Shown in pieces: positions 38,295-50,781 of a stretch of 50,781 nucleotides of DNA. The stretch spans positions 1-50,781 of the forward strand of contig CAXHJY010000155.1 of NCBI GenBank assembly GCA_964016885.1, given 5' to 3'. Position 1 is the first letter of the stretch. Each line of letters opens with the position of its first letter. The position numbers and the translations under genes were made by a program. The DNA comes from Eledone cirrhosa (lineage: Eukaryota). Under the pieces are notes generated by a model, which was given only the letters and a program-made list of their open reading frames with translations, had not been told where the DNA came from and searched no databases.

Positions 38295-40250
38295 GAGATT
38301 ATTTATATTTTTTTAATAATATTTTTTTTTAGGTTCATTTTGTCATATGCATAAAATTTTTAGCCTGGTGTTTGTGTGGCTTGCCTTTTTTTTTCTTTCT
38401 TATATATGTATGTGTGTCTGTGTGTTGCTATTCTTGCACTTCTTCCCTTCCCTTTAACTTTATATACTTTTTCTTAATTTTCTTCCAAGTGTTGGTTGCA
38501 CATCACACAGCCTATGTCCTGTTATTTTTTAAAAATATATTGTTGTTGTTATCATTAATGTTACTATTATTATTATTATGTGTTCCTCTCTCTCTCTCTC
38601 TCTCCTCTTCCCATCCCTTCTCCATGCTCTGTGTATTCCCAACACATACAATCAGTTTTCCATTCTATCTCTAATGCCATATCCTCTTTTTACACTCTTG
38701 GCTCATTTCCTACACCCATTCCCCATTCCTCATCCCCTTTCTCTATTTTCACCATCAACATCTCTCAACTCTCCATCCTTAAAACCACCACCACCATTAC
38801 CACCTTTATCCCTATAATCACTACCACCATCACCACCTTTATCATCAGCAGTAACAGTAACCACCACCACTATCACCACACATCATTGCCAACAGTAACC
38901 CCCTCCCCCTCCCAGACACTTGCTAACTGTCCCCTATCCTGCCTTCACATCCTTTTCAACCACACTGTTAGTGTTGCTGCCATTTTCTTTGCCCCCCCCC
39001 CCCCCTCTCTCTCTCTCTTCCTTTGCTGCTGCTGCTGCTGCAATCTCAACTCTGACTCATGAAATGATACAATCTGATTGATTGGTGTACATGTTTATTT
39101 CCATTTTAATTCCTGTCATTTTGACACTACTTTATCAGCTCAGCTTTAGTTGGCTATCAGCTGCTGTGGTGCTGCCCTCCTCTTCCTCTCTCTCTCTCCC
39201 TCCCTCATTGCTCTCTCTTGCTCCTTCCTCTCCCTCTCTCCCTTCCACCCGCCCACCCTTCCTCATTCCTCTTTTATTCTATCCCTTCCTCCCTCTCTCC
39301 TACCCCTGTTTCTGTTCCATCTCAAAAGACTTCTTTCTATTGAAGAAGTTCAAGATTAGGTTAGTGTGTATGTGTGTATTTGCATGTTTGTGTATATGTA
39401 TGTGTGTGTGAACTTGAGAAAAAGACAGTTCTTTTTAGAGTATGGGGTGGGAGTTAGGGAGAAAATCTGAGAGATAGGTTAGTGGTTGGTTTGTCAAGGG
39501 GGCAGAACCACCTTAACAAAAAAAAAACAAACAGGAAAAGTTGCTAAAATGATGTAAAAAATGCCAACAATGTCTTCTAATTCTTGCATTAAATAGATTC
39601 TGTATGTGTGATTTGATATAGAAACCCCTAGCCAGACAGACATACAGACAGACAGTAGAGGTGTTAGGATATTATTATAATAGCTGTGAAGCTGATCATC
39701 CTCTGAAGAAGTGGACTTGTGTGTATAAGACATAAAGCTGACACAAAGAACCCAACCAACTGAAGACTTTAGATATCATCACATCACATCACTAAGAACC
39801 ACCTCTCTTAAATCTTGATGTTGTGACTTCAGACATGACTGTAGAAACTATAACATTTGGCAGTTGGACTAGCAGGCTGGTTGGCTGATGTCTTACATCA
39901 GATAAATGGTCTGCTATTAGTTTAGTTTAGCTGATAAGAGTTCTAGTTGTTCAGTCAATGGAACCACTGTCTTCTGGTTAAATTAACTTCTTTAATTGAT
40001 TGGTAAAATCCCAGGCCTCATTCACTTACCAAGTGAGGTAGAACATGTCACATCGGACCAAGGAACCAATGTTTTAACAAACAAGTATTCCATAGATATG
40101 TGTTCCCTTATCAAATGGGTTACTGAAAGAGAGAGAGAGGCTGGTTGGTTGGTTGGTTGGTTGGTTTGTTGGTGTCTTACATTAGATATTTAGCCCTCCA
40201 TTGGGGTCAAAGAAAGGGGTTCCAGTTCAGTTAATGGAATGATGTACTCA

Positions 40251-40466
40251 TTAACCATTTTCATATCAAACTGCCTGAAATCACCCTTGGTTCTACAATA
40301 TAAAACTGTTTGTTATATATGGAAGAACCTTTATTAAGTTATGCTCCAAACATGGGGTTAAAATGTGAAAGTTTACTAAATCCCTCTAAGTTCTTGATTA
40401 TTTTCAGAGTTATTTCAAATTCATTTGGCAATGTCTTTCATTAAAAATATGGTAATGAAGGGGCTA
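40251..40466. mobile_element. piggyBac-type MITE, family 2 (reverse, degenerate)
   Basis: TTAACCATTTTCATATCAAAC ... ATATGGTAATGAAGGGGCTA. Confidence 0.6.
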
Positions 40467-40517
40467 TATTAATATATAAAGTGGTTGAATATTCTTCAGA
40501 CATGTGAGCCCTTAAAG

Positions 40518-41144
40518 CAGGAGTTCCCATTATTTTTTCATCTAGTTTACTCAATCTAAAAGTCTAAAGTCTATCTTGTGCCCAAAGGCCCATCAGGCCA
40601 GTGCTTATCCTGGTTTTCATGGTATGAAGTGACTGAGAGTAAAAGACTTCCCCCTGTACAAGATACCAGCCCATCACAATAGTTTACCCAATGGCAACCT
40701 TTAAAAGGAAATTCAACTCAACCGTATTTTTTTTCCGTCATAATACAGCAACTGACATAGGGGACAGTTTAAAATATTGTTTTTAACACATTATTATTTT
40801 AGGTTCATATAATAATAATAGCACAAAACAACGTTAGTTCATTTATGAACAACTAATGATGAACAGTTATTGGTACTAAGACCATATATAGTCAGTCAAT
40901 GTAAACACATCAATCAATAAGACTCATACAGATTGTTAAGTCCAAAATAGGAGGATGGGGGAGGGGGGGGGGGGATAGTATTTTCATAAACAATATAAGC
41001 TTACTTTAAATTTTCTTCTCAACTTCAGATTGTTTTTAAATGTAATTGAAAAATAACTGGTACAACTCCAGAATCAGAAAATTTACTCCCCAAACTGACA
41101 AAATTTACCCTCGGATGTAAATTTACTCCAGGTTGGGAACCCTT
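40518..41144. mobile_element. Possible degenerate hAT-type non-autonomous element with an internal SINE-tail-like fragment (~40556-40690)
   Basis: CAGGAGTTCCCA ... TTGGGAACCCTT short inverted ends; subterminal ATTTAC(T/C)C repeats. Confidence 0.35.
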
Positions 41145-42667
41145 ATTTTAATGTAATTCTCAGGAAGATTCAGCATGATAGTGTGCAACAAATTCCAAGC
41201 TTTCAAACAGTTTCCATCTATCCAATTTCACTTACAAGCCTTGGTTTGGCCAGAGGCTATGGTGAAAGACACTTACTTGCCCAAGATACCACATAGTGGG
41301 ACCTAGCCTGGGTTGTGAAGCAAATATTTTAACCAATCTTATTGGCTAAAAAACACCTAGTAAATCTTGAGGGTGTTGTGACTCCAAACATGGCCATGGA
41401 ACCAATATTTGGATGAATTGATGGATTGTTGGTTGTCTTGGCTGTTAGGTGTCTAATGTTACAGGAAGAAAAAATACATTACAATTTGTGGTTAAATCTA
41501 TACATGCTCATTCCCCTTCCCCACAAAAAACACAGAGTGAGGGACAAGAAAGGGGTATAAATTGAAGTGGAGTGTCTGAGAAAAATGTCAACATATCACC
41601 CTTTGACCCCCCCCCCCCTCCAGTTTCTTTGGAAGTATTATTTATATATGTAGCCTTTCTTTTCCATTGTCAATCATTCCACCTATCTGTCTTCTTAGTA
41701 CAGTGTTTTTGTGTGGTCTGGTGTGAGTGTGTGTGGTGTTTTCCCATCATAAGAAAATAATAAAACATGACACTGGCAATAGAAAAAGGCTTTTTTTTTT
41801 AATTCACAGAACACAGAAATAGACTCTGTGTCCACAATGATTCTACACTTATGGGACACTCATTATCTGTGTGTCTGCATGAAATATAAGAGGATAGAAA
41901 AAGAGTGAGATAGAGGGAGAGGTGAGGGTAAATGAGAGAAGAAGGGAGAGGGGTGGAGGAGGAAATAGAAAAAGAGAGCAGGATAAAGAAATATATTAGC
42001 TGATTCTCCACAGAACTTCCTTTTTCTGCCCTTGTGTGTTTATTTCATTCTTGGGGTCACCTACTCTGATATTCTTTCAACAACCATATTTTCTCCTTAG
42101 CTTCTTTGTTGAAAATATTGAATTGAGAGCAATTACAATTCATTTATATTTTTAGCTCTTTTAATATCCTGTAATAATTTAGCTGAAAATATCTAAAAAC
42201 AGATTTATTAATTCAAGTGGTTGTACTATAAGATAGATTGTTGTAAAAATTTACAATGCTAGTATGATGATTTCACTCTTAGTTTTGTGTTGTGCTTTTC
42301 AAGAATGTCTTGGTACAGGACATTACCTGTACACTTTTTTTGTTGTTGTTTTTATGGCTCACACATGCATGGCTTTTAGTAGCTTCCTATAAGGTGGTCT
42401 CTTGACATGTCACCATTTTCCCGTGACAGGAGGTGGATTTGAAATGAGAACACAGATTTAGAACAGATATGGCAAGTCATCTCGTCAGATGCTCTAACAA
42501 TTTTGCCAATCCACCACCTTGGAATGGTATTTATTCCCTCCCCTTTCTCCTTTCCTCTAAAAAAAGGGGGAAAACCAAAATTGACCTTGGCAGGATTACA
42601 ACTCAACTAAGGTGTGTTTTTGGTTAGCAACATAACCTTCTCAAAATATAACTTATACATAAAAAAT

Positions 42668-43016
42668 CATCATCATCATTTTACGTCTGCTTTTCCCTGC
42701 TTGCAAGGGTGAGACGGGAACTGATTCTGGGTTGATTTCTACAGCTGGATGCCCTTCCTAACACCAACCTCATTTGCAGTGAGTGGTGGGTGCTTTTTTT
42801 TTTCTTTTCATGGCGCCTACACGTCCACTTTACAGTGTGCGCTGGGTGCTTTTTTGCCGTGGCACCCCCACGACCACTTTGCAGTGGAATGATAGGGACC
42901 CCAGTCCTATCATCTCATTTCTACAGCTGAGTAAACTGGAGCAATGTGAAATAAAGTGTCTTGCTCAAGGAAACAACACATCACCAGGTCCGAGAATTGA
43001 ACTCACAACCTTTCGA
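42668..43016 (-). mobile_element. SINE family 1, long variant, head missing at the junction with retrozyme B
   Basis: Homology stops at CAACCTTTCGAT. Confidence 0.88.
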
Positions 43017-43616
43017 TGCCAGATGGTTGAACGTCTGAAAGTATATACTTTCCTTATGCATATTAACGGCTGAGCAGCCTAATTTGCATATCGAGTGAGT
43101 TTAGTCGGCCGGGCGCACCGAAAATGATAAATGGAATTGAATGAAACGAAATTTCATTTCTCACTCTTAGTACGGCAGTTACTTAAATGTATGTATGTAT
43201 GTATGTATACGTACATACATATATGTATACAGACGTACAGTAATGTGTATATATATATACATACATGCACACATATATACATGCACGTATCGGTTTACCG
43301 AACATTTATTATAATGCTCGGTTTGTTTGTAAACAAACAAACAGCCCGAATTACGCCGTACAGTGTTTAGGCAACCACGTCACCTTTTTGTTCAACACTG
43401 ACACAGGAATGTTGTACTAGTTTCAAGCTTATTAGCTATCATCAGCATCGTATACCTTCCTGCCAGATGGTTGAACGTCTGAAAGTATATACTTTCCTTA
43501 TGCATATTAACGGCTGAGCAACCTAATTTGCATATCGAGTGAGTTTAGTCGGCCAGGCGCACCGAAAACGATAAATGGAATAGAATGGAAACGAACTAAG
43601 AGTGAGAAATGAAATT
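43017..43616 (-). mobile_element. Retrozyme-like element family B (444-nt unit plus ~135-nt terminal redundancy)
   Basis: 43017-43150 is repeated at 43461-43595; minimal hammerhead inside; terminal 21-nt inversion. Confidence 0.78.
43406..43460 (-). ncRNA. Minimal type-I hammerhead ribozyme motif with intact core
   Basis: ggaagguauacgaug-CUGAUGA-u-agcu-aaua-agcu-u-GAAA-cuag-UA-caacauucc; palindromic stem III ACUAGU; predicted cut between 43415 and 43414. Confidence 0.8.
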
Positions 43617-43636
43617 CATTTATATATATATATATA

Positions 43637-44205
43637 TCAAACAATTTTTTTTAAATAAATTAAAAAATATAATTTAAATATTTACCTATTCCAATTGCTT
43701 TTGCCGACGGTTTCACTTCACAAAAGATTGGAGATCCCTAGGGACTTCCAATGGAAAAGTTTAGATCAGCAGAAAGCATTTTCCTTTCCTAGGACTAAAA
43801 GTCCCAGGAACGGCAAAATATATTGCCATCTGCCAGCTAGCACAGGATCGAATGGGGCCGAAAATTGGATCTATGCATAAACCAGCCCATAGTAGAACCG
43901 GAAGTAAACAGACGCATTGTCTACCTCACCACTAAAAATAGCAGCTAAATAGAACAACAGATTTGTTCTCTACATAACGGAGAATATTAAAAGAAGTTAA
44001 TATCCCCACAGGTACTAAGTACCCCTGGAAATATATAGGGTGTCTATGATACAGTGGTTGTTCTATGGTATTAATTTGACATACCAGAACTATAACATTG
44101 AGATAAGCGGAGCAAGCAAGATTCAAACAATTTTTTAAAATAAATAAAAAAAATATAATTTAAATATTTACCTATTCCAATTGCTTTTACCGACGGTTTC
44201 ACTTC

Positions 44206-44210
<5 letters not shown>
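43637..44210 (-). mobile_element. Retrozyme-like element family A, copy 2
   Basis: 486-nt period; internal motif 43697-43777 has CUGCUGA and CA; terminal half motif 44183-44200 reads GAAA-ccgucgg-UA-aaagc; (TA)n flanks. Confidence 0.75.
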
Positions 44211-44263
<53 letters not shown>

Positions 44264-44265
<2 letters not shown>

Positions 44266-44368
44266 CAAAGTAATTGTGGTAAGGAACCAGATGGACCAGA
44301 ACGCACCAAAGTCCAGAAATAGCCGTCGAAACTGCTTGAGCTCTGCCGTCGGGGTCATACTTGTTCCT
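44264..44368 (+). mobile_element. TA-flanked fragment homologous to 23522-23577
   Basis: CCAGAAATAGCCGTCGAAACTGCTTGAGCTCTGCCGTCGGGGTCATACTTGTTCC then (TA)n. Confidence 0.55.
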
Positions 44369-44391
44369 ATATATATATATATATATATATA

Positions 44392-44560
44392 TCACCATTT
44401 AGCATCCATTTCTCCATGCTTGCATGGGTTAGATGGATCGTCCACGTCCGGAGACAAGTCTGGTCAGAATTGGCCATGCCATACCTTGCTCTGACAAGGA
44501 CTGTAAATTTGACCAGGGATTTTACAGCTGAATGCCCTTCTTAACACCAACCATATTTAC
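44392..44560 (-). mobile_element. Truncated RTE-type 3' end
   Basis: Reverse homolog of 6381-6565. Confidence 0.7.
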
Positions 44561-44741
44561 ACACACACACACATATGTGTTTAAAATACTGTAGTATTTA
44601 AAACAAACATTCAAATATTAGCTGAATGAGCACTCAATAATGGTGTGTAGAGTGTACAACTAAGCTGAAATTTTGAAGTCATTGCCACTTTTCTATTTAG
44701 AAAATAAATGAATATATGTGTGTGTGCGCGCGCACACACAC

Positions 44742-44787
<46 letters not shown>

Positions 44788-45600
44788 ATGGAAAAATTTG
44801 AACAGGGACAAAACAGAGAGGCAATACAACGAATGTTTATTAATTTCACGCTCTGGAGAGGGGGTATATATAAATATATATATATATATAATGTATGTGT
44901 ATGTGTGTGTGTAGGTGTATGTGTGGAAAAGCGGATGTAAAAAAGATGATGCTGATTATGACATACATTAAAAATCCAAAGCAAATAAACTGAATGCATG
45001 CATATTCTGATATTTTATATTTCTAGTTAAACAAATGTAAAGAAAAGATGCAATTATTCTTTTAAACTCTGGGTGTAATAGTTAGTGTAGGTGAGGGGGA
45101 AGAGAAAGAGCGGTGGAGGGGGTCTTTATTTCTTGGGTTTTGTCTGTTTTTATCTTTCCTTAAAAGAAAACTGTCAACTCTGATCCTATAAAAATAATAA
45201 AGTATGTATGAGTGTATGTCTTTGTGAATGTGTTTTATGTATGCATCAGTTTGTCATATGTGTGTGTTGTGTGTATCAATTTGTGGTGTGTGTGTATGTG
45301 TGAGTATGTACTGTGCTGAGTGTGGTACATGTATATGCAATTCATATATGCATTAGTTGTAATGTTTCTGTAATTCTGAAGAGTTAGATAAACCGTTGTT
45401 GTGTGTTCTCTAATGATTAATCCAGAGAGTTGGCGAAGCAGTGTTTTTCCCTGTTTGGTTGTTGTTGTTATTGGTGTTATTGTTGCTATTGCTGTTGTTA
45501 TTGTTGCTGCTGTTAATTCCACTTGACATAGCAGAAACTGTTAAATTGCTGGATTAGCAAAAGTAGTGCTTGCTTGTTGCTGCACCAATAACACCCCCCC

Positions 45601-45675
<75 letters not shown>

Positions 45676-46144
45676 TCTCTCACTCTCTCTCACCTGCTGC
45701 GATAACTTGCAGAATTAAGATAACATTCAAAAAAATTCTTCTTTTTTTTTACAATTTTGTTCTTAATATATTTCCTTTTCATCATTTTTCCGTGTTGTTT
45801 ATTTATCATTATTACTCTCATTATTATCATTACTACTCCCATATATATTTTGTTGTAATTGTTGTCGTAACTAGCTCTCTCTCTCTCTCTCTAGCTCCTA
45901 TCTATTTCGTTAACAAAACACATTGCTGTTTGTTTGAAAAGGAGTAAAATTGGATTAAAAAGAGTAGGAAGGGTGATATTAAACTATATATATTTATATA
46001 TATATATATATATATATAAAGAACAACAAACAAAAATAAAACGTTTCTATGACTTCATGTAATGACAACCTAGAGAAGTGTGATGTTTGTGTGTGTGTGT
46101 ATATTGTGTATATTCGCAAGTATAAATATAAACATAAAAACATA

Positions 46145-46200
<56 letters not shown>

Positions 46201-47142
46201 TACACACACACACACATATTATCTCTCTCCTTGCAGAGTTTCTCTTTATTATTATTACATTGGCTGCTGGCTGAACCTTACAATTGCTGTTTAATGAATA
46301 TAAAGCTTTTCTTTCACACATTCTTGTTATTTATATTATACATTTTATAGGCATATATATATCTATTCATTTTTATTATTCGTTGCTCAAGAAGCACAAG
46401 ATTCTTTTATTTTTCGTAATTCCACCCCAACCACCCCATGCCCGCCCCACAAAAAAAAAAAGTTTTAAGTGGTTGATAGTGGGATTTATCCATTATGTGT
46501 TTTTATCTACACCAGGTAACTTTTTCCTGTTTTCTAAGAATTTTCTGAAAACAGGAATTTGGGAGTTTTTGAATTTTTATTTATTATTATATTTTACTTT
46601 TTGGTGTAAATTAAGCAGGAATTTGTATTTTAAATGAAGAAACTCTTTCACTTGTTTGGTGATAATGATAACCTTAACAACCACAACCACAACAACAACA
46701 ATTAGATAAAAAAGAATGGAAAGAAATATACACATATTTTCTTCTATAATAAGTAATCTTTATTTATTTTCACTTAAATTTTACTGCTTACTGTGTAATT
46801 TTAGCTTACACACACACACGCACGCGCATGCTCACATATATATCACATACATGTGCAGCTACATATATTACAAAACAGTAAGTTTTAAAGTAAATTTGAT
46901 AACATAGGTGATTAAATGGTTGTTTCCTTAAAAGTATTAACTGGTTGTTCTGATGTCAAAGAATATCACACATAATTCCTATTGAAAAGTTACCCCTCCC
47001 CCCACCCATTCTTTGGTGAAGTTAATAAAAGAAGGCAGAGGGGTGGGGCAGTGGATGGGTGTGGTGTAGGTAATTAATCTACAGCAGTGTTTAGAGAAAA
47101 ACCCCACAAGGAGTCAATATAAAACTGTTGGCGGTGGACACG

Positions 47143-47414
47143 GTGATGATGATGATATCATTGTGTACATGTTGATGACAATGATGATGATATTATTGAG
47201 TACATGCTGGTGATGATGGTTATTGTGTACAAGCTGGTGATGACAGTGATGATGATGGTTATTGTGTACATGCTGGTGATGACAGTGATGATGATGATGG
47301 TTGTGTACATGCTGATGATATAACAGTGATGATGATGGTTATTGTGTACATGTTGATGATGGCAATGATGATGATGATTATATCATTGTGTACATGATGA
47401 TGATGATGATGATG
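47143..47414. repeat. ~39-bp minisatellite GATGACAGTGATGATGATGGTTATTGTGTACATGCTGGT, ~7 units
   Basis: Direct reading. Confidence 0.85.
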
Positions 47415-47880
47415 AAAATAATGATGATAGGATTAATATTTTACTTACAAAAGCCTACATTTGAAAAGTTTGGATGGTTGTGTGTGTTTGTGTGTAAACT
47501 TATGAGTAAGGCATGCCCAACAAGTCTAAATCAGCAATTCTAACTGGGAATCTAACCAGTTGATAGATAAAAAAATACCTTGTGACATTTAGTTATGAGT
47601 TCAAATTCTGCTCATGTCTAATTTGGTGTGTCAATATAATGGTAGTGAAAGGGTTAGTTGGGCCATGATGTAAATACTCCTTTCTTGGTCACTTTATATA
47701 GCTGATTGAGAGAGAGAAAGAGATGAGTGGGCGGGAGGAGAAAATCGATACCAGTACTTGATTGAAACCTGGATCTAATCGATAATCACTATTGATTAAG
47801 TCTGGGGGTCTCTATTGTTAAAACAGCCAAGAAACTTCCAATAAGATACAGCTGGCTAAACCTGTGCAGTAGTGAACCAT

Positions 47881-48176
47881 ATCTTCCTCACCATTACCAT
47901 CATCATCCTCACCATCATCATCCTCACCATCACCATCATCATCCTCACCATCACCATCATCATCCTCACCATTATCATCCTCACCATCACCATCATCATC
48001 CTCACCATCACCATCATCATCCTCACCATCACCATCCTCACCATCATCATCCTCACCATCACCATCCTCACCATCACCATCCTCACCATCATCATCCTCA
48101 CCATCACCATCCTCACCATCACCATCCTCACCATTATCATCCTCACCATTATCACCATCCTCACCATCACTATCAC
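47881..48176. repeat. Compound triplet repeat with 15/21-nt units (CATCCTCACCATCA...)
   Basis: Direct reading. Confidence 0.9.
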
Positions 48177-49667
48177 TGATATTATTTTCATACACCTGAT
48201 TATCTATAAAATAAGAAGATTGTGCTTATTTCACCTTTGTTTTTATCTTCCTCTCTATGTTATTAAAATGACCCTTTTTTAAATGCGGAAACTAACTAAA
48301 ATCAGATAAAGGATGACATGCTCACTTGCAACTTTTTTTTCCCCGTCTTTTTAAGGGTCTTTACCCTATTTTATAAGCTATTTTTATATAGCATCTCAGT
48401 ACTCAAAAGACAAAAATTCAGTTTCATGCATTGTTTAATCAAATGGTCACTAAGTCACCCCCTGCTAAGTTTCAACTTCTACACTTTTGATAACAAACCA
48501 TCTGAAATTCACATTGATCTATGATAATAAGCTGTTGGTTTTAATGCATATATATATTTTTTTTTATCTAAAAATCTTCCGTTATTATAATTTTATATTT
48601 GAAACTTTAAGTTCCAAATGCCAGTTTAATAATGAGTAAGTTAGTTATTTTAACAAAACATTCCAAATACTTAATTATTTTCAAAATTATTTAAATAAAC
48701 CAAACATAGGTAGTGTCTTTCATTTGAAATATGGTAATGAAAAGGGTTAGTAAGTAAATAAGGCAGCCCCTATTATATATCAACTTTGATAATGTCGCTT
48801 TTAACTTAAAAGTCAATCCTTATCCTTTCTTACATGACAGTTGTGCAATTATTTTCTCACCTTCCACTCTATTCTTCTAGATGTTATTGTTTGTTTGTTT
48901 CTCTTATTAACTGTATTTGAACTAAATGTTGTTGATTTGTTTGTTTGTAATATTAACTGTACCAATTGTCTGCCATGATCTAGGATAACAACAACTAGTC
49001 AAACCATAGCACACCTGCCTCATTCAGTTAACAATAGTAGCTGTTGTCACTGGATACAGCAGACCTAATGAAATAACTGGCAGTTTAAGTATTCACCTTA
49101 AACCTAAGATCAAGTTGGTGGCTATGGGTGTGTGGGAGGAGATAGCACCCCTTCCCCCTTTCCTCTTAATGCTATGCCCCTCTTTATTAACAAGGTCCGT
49201 TGTAATTTCCTTGGTGGTGGGGGTCATCCAGTGCAGTTGAGAAAGTTTCATTTATCTGGATAGAGAGATAGATATTCTGTTAAGAGAGGAAAGACTGAAA
49301 GACTCAGCTGTCAAGAAGGTGAACTGATATGTTGTATAAGCTGCATCTCTTTAAATCTGCACCAGAACTAGATCAGTTTACATGATGTGAATATATTTAT
49401 TATAAAGGCTTGTTTTAGAACTTGCTGTGCTCTATCAGTCTCTGTCTCTGTCTGTCTTGCAACCTTTCTCTTTGTTTTTTCCCCTCCACTGAACTTTGAT
49501 ACTTTCCAATATATAACTTACAGCTGTTGTAGTAATGAGTGGAACAAACTGAATCAACCTGTTGGTGTCTTTAATCACAGTTATCTACCATAGCTTGCAT
49601 CAATACTCTTTCTCCCTACCCCTCCTCCTGTTGCCAGGTGGAAAAAGCTTGTTTAACATGATGGATC

Positions 49668-49868
49668 TTAACCTCTCTCTCTCATTACCATATTTCTGAT
49701 GAAATACACTGGTGGTGTGTTTCAATTAATTTCGAAAATATCCAAAATATTTACTAAAATAACTAAGTTTTTCATTAGTAAGCTGATATTCAAAAGATTA
49801 CTTAACAAAGATAAACATTTTACATAAATCCAGTATGGTTCCAAGCTGTTTGGTATCAAGGGGGCTAA
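49668..49868. mobile_element. piggyBac-type MITE, family 2 (degenerate)
   Basis: TTAACC..TCATTACCATATTTC ... TTGGTATCAAGGGGGCTAA. Confidence 0.6.
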
Positions 49869-50007
49869 TGAGTACTCATTAATCACTCTACTTTAAATAA
49901 AGATACCATAAATACATATGTATAAGTCACATCCCCCCACCTATAAAAATACAAGGTGAAGAACCAGAACGTAACTTATCTTCTGTACCTTTAACACCTC
50001 AATTCAA

Positions 50008-50438
50008 AATATATATATATATATATTATATATATATATATATATTATATATATATATTATATATATATATTATATATATATATATATATATTATATGTA
50101 TATATATATATATATATATATTATATTATATATATATATATATTATATTATATATATATATATATTATATTATATATATATATATTATATATATATATTA
50201 TATTATATATATATATATTATATATATATATATATATTATATATATATATATTATATATATATATATATGTATATATATATTATATGTAAAAATATATAT
50301 TATATGTATATATATTATATGTATATATATTATATGTATATATATTATATATATATATTATTTGTATATATATTATATGTATATATATTATTTATATATA
50401 TATTATATATATATATATATTATTTATATATATATATA

Positions 50439-50483
<45 letters not shown>

Positions 50484-50515
50484 ATATATATATATATTAT
50501 TATATATATATATAT

Positions 50516-50569
<54 letters not shown>

Positions 50570-50628
50570 ATATATATTATATATACATATTATATTTTAT
50601 ATATTATTTATTATATATATATATTATA

Positions 50629-50684
<56 letters not shown>

Positions 50685-50707
50685 ATATTATATATATTTA
50701 TATATAT

Positions 50708-50766
<59 letters not shown>

Positions 50767-50781
50767 ATATAATATATAATA
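50008..50781. repeat. Long degenerate (TA)n tract running off the window end
   Basis: Direct reading. Confidence 0.95.

Noticed and set aside
39680-39735. Possible micro-exon (CEADHPLKKWTC)
   Set aside because: No polypyrimidine tract, weak donor and no recognisable homology.
47818-48282. Acidic GEDDD-repeat ORF and its alternative frames
   Set aside because: Open in several frames because of a triplet-based repeat; no unique domain or supported splice structure.

Overview
AT-rich, microsatellite-dense animal genomic DNA. The repeat landscape (tRNA-headed CORE-like SINEs with (TGA)n tails, RTE LINEs, TTAA MITEs) suggests a mollusc, probably an octopus/cephalopod; this is inference. No host protein-coding exon is recognisable, so the window looks intronic or intergenic. 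The only real coding sequence is a nearly full-length RTE-clade LINE on the minus strand (~19451-23512): APE endonuclease plus RT, a PHD finger inserted inside the RT, and two lesions (one 1-bp frameshift, one nonsense codon). The most interesting signal is a set of non-coding elements carrying minimal type-I hammerhead ribozyme motifs. Family A (~475-486 nt unit, two copies) and family B (444 nt unit) are longer than one unit, terminally redundant and sit in or beside (TA)n tracts, as expected for retrozymes or non-autonomous Penelope-like elements; several half or degenerate hammerheads also occur. Other features: a SINE family sharing its 3' part with the resident LINE, two fold-back retro-insertions, a head-to-head SINE pair, and piggyBac-type and mariner-type MITEs. 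All folds and alignments were done by eye.
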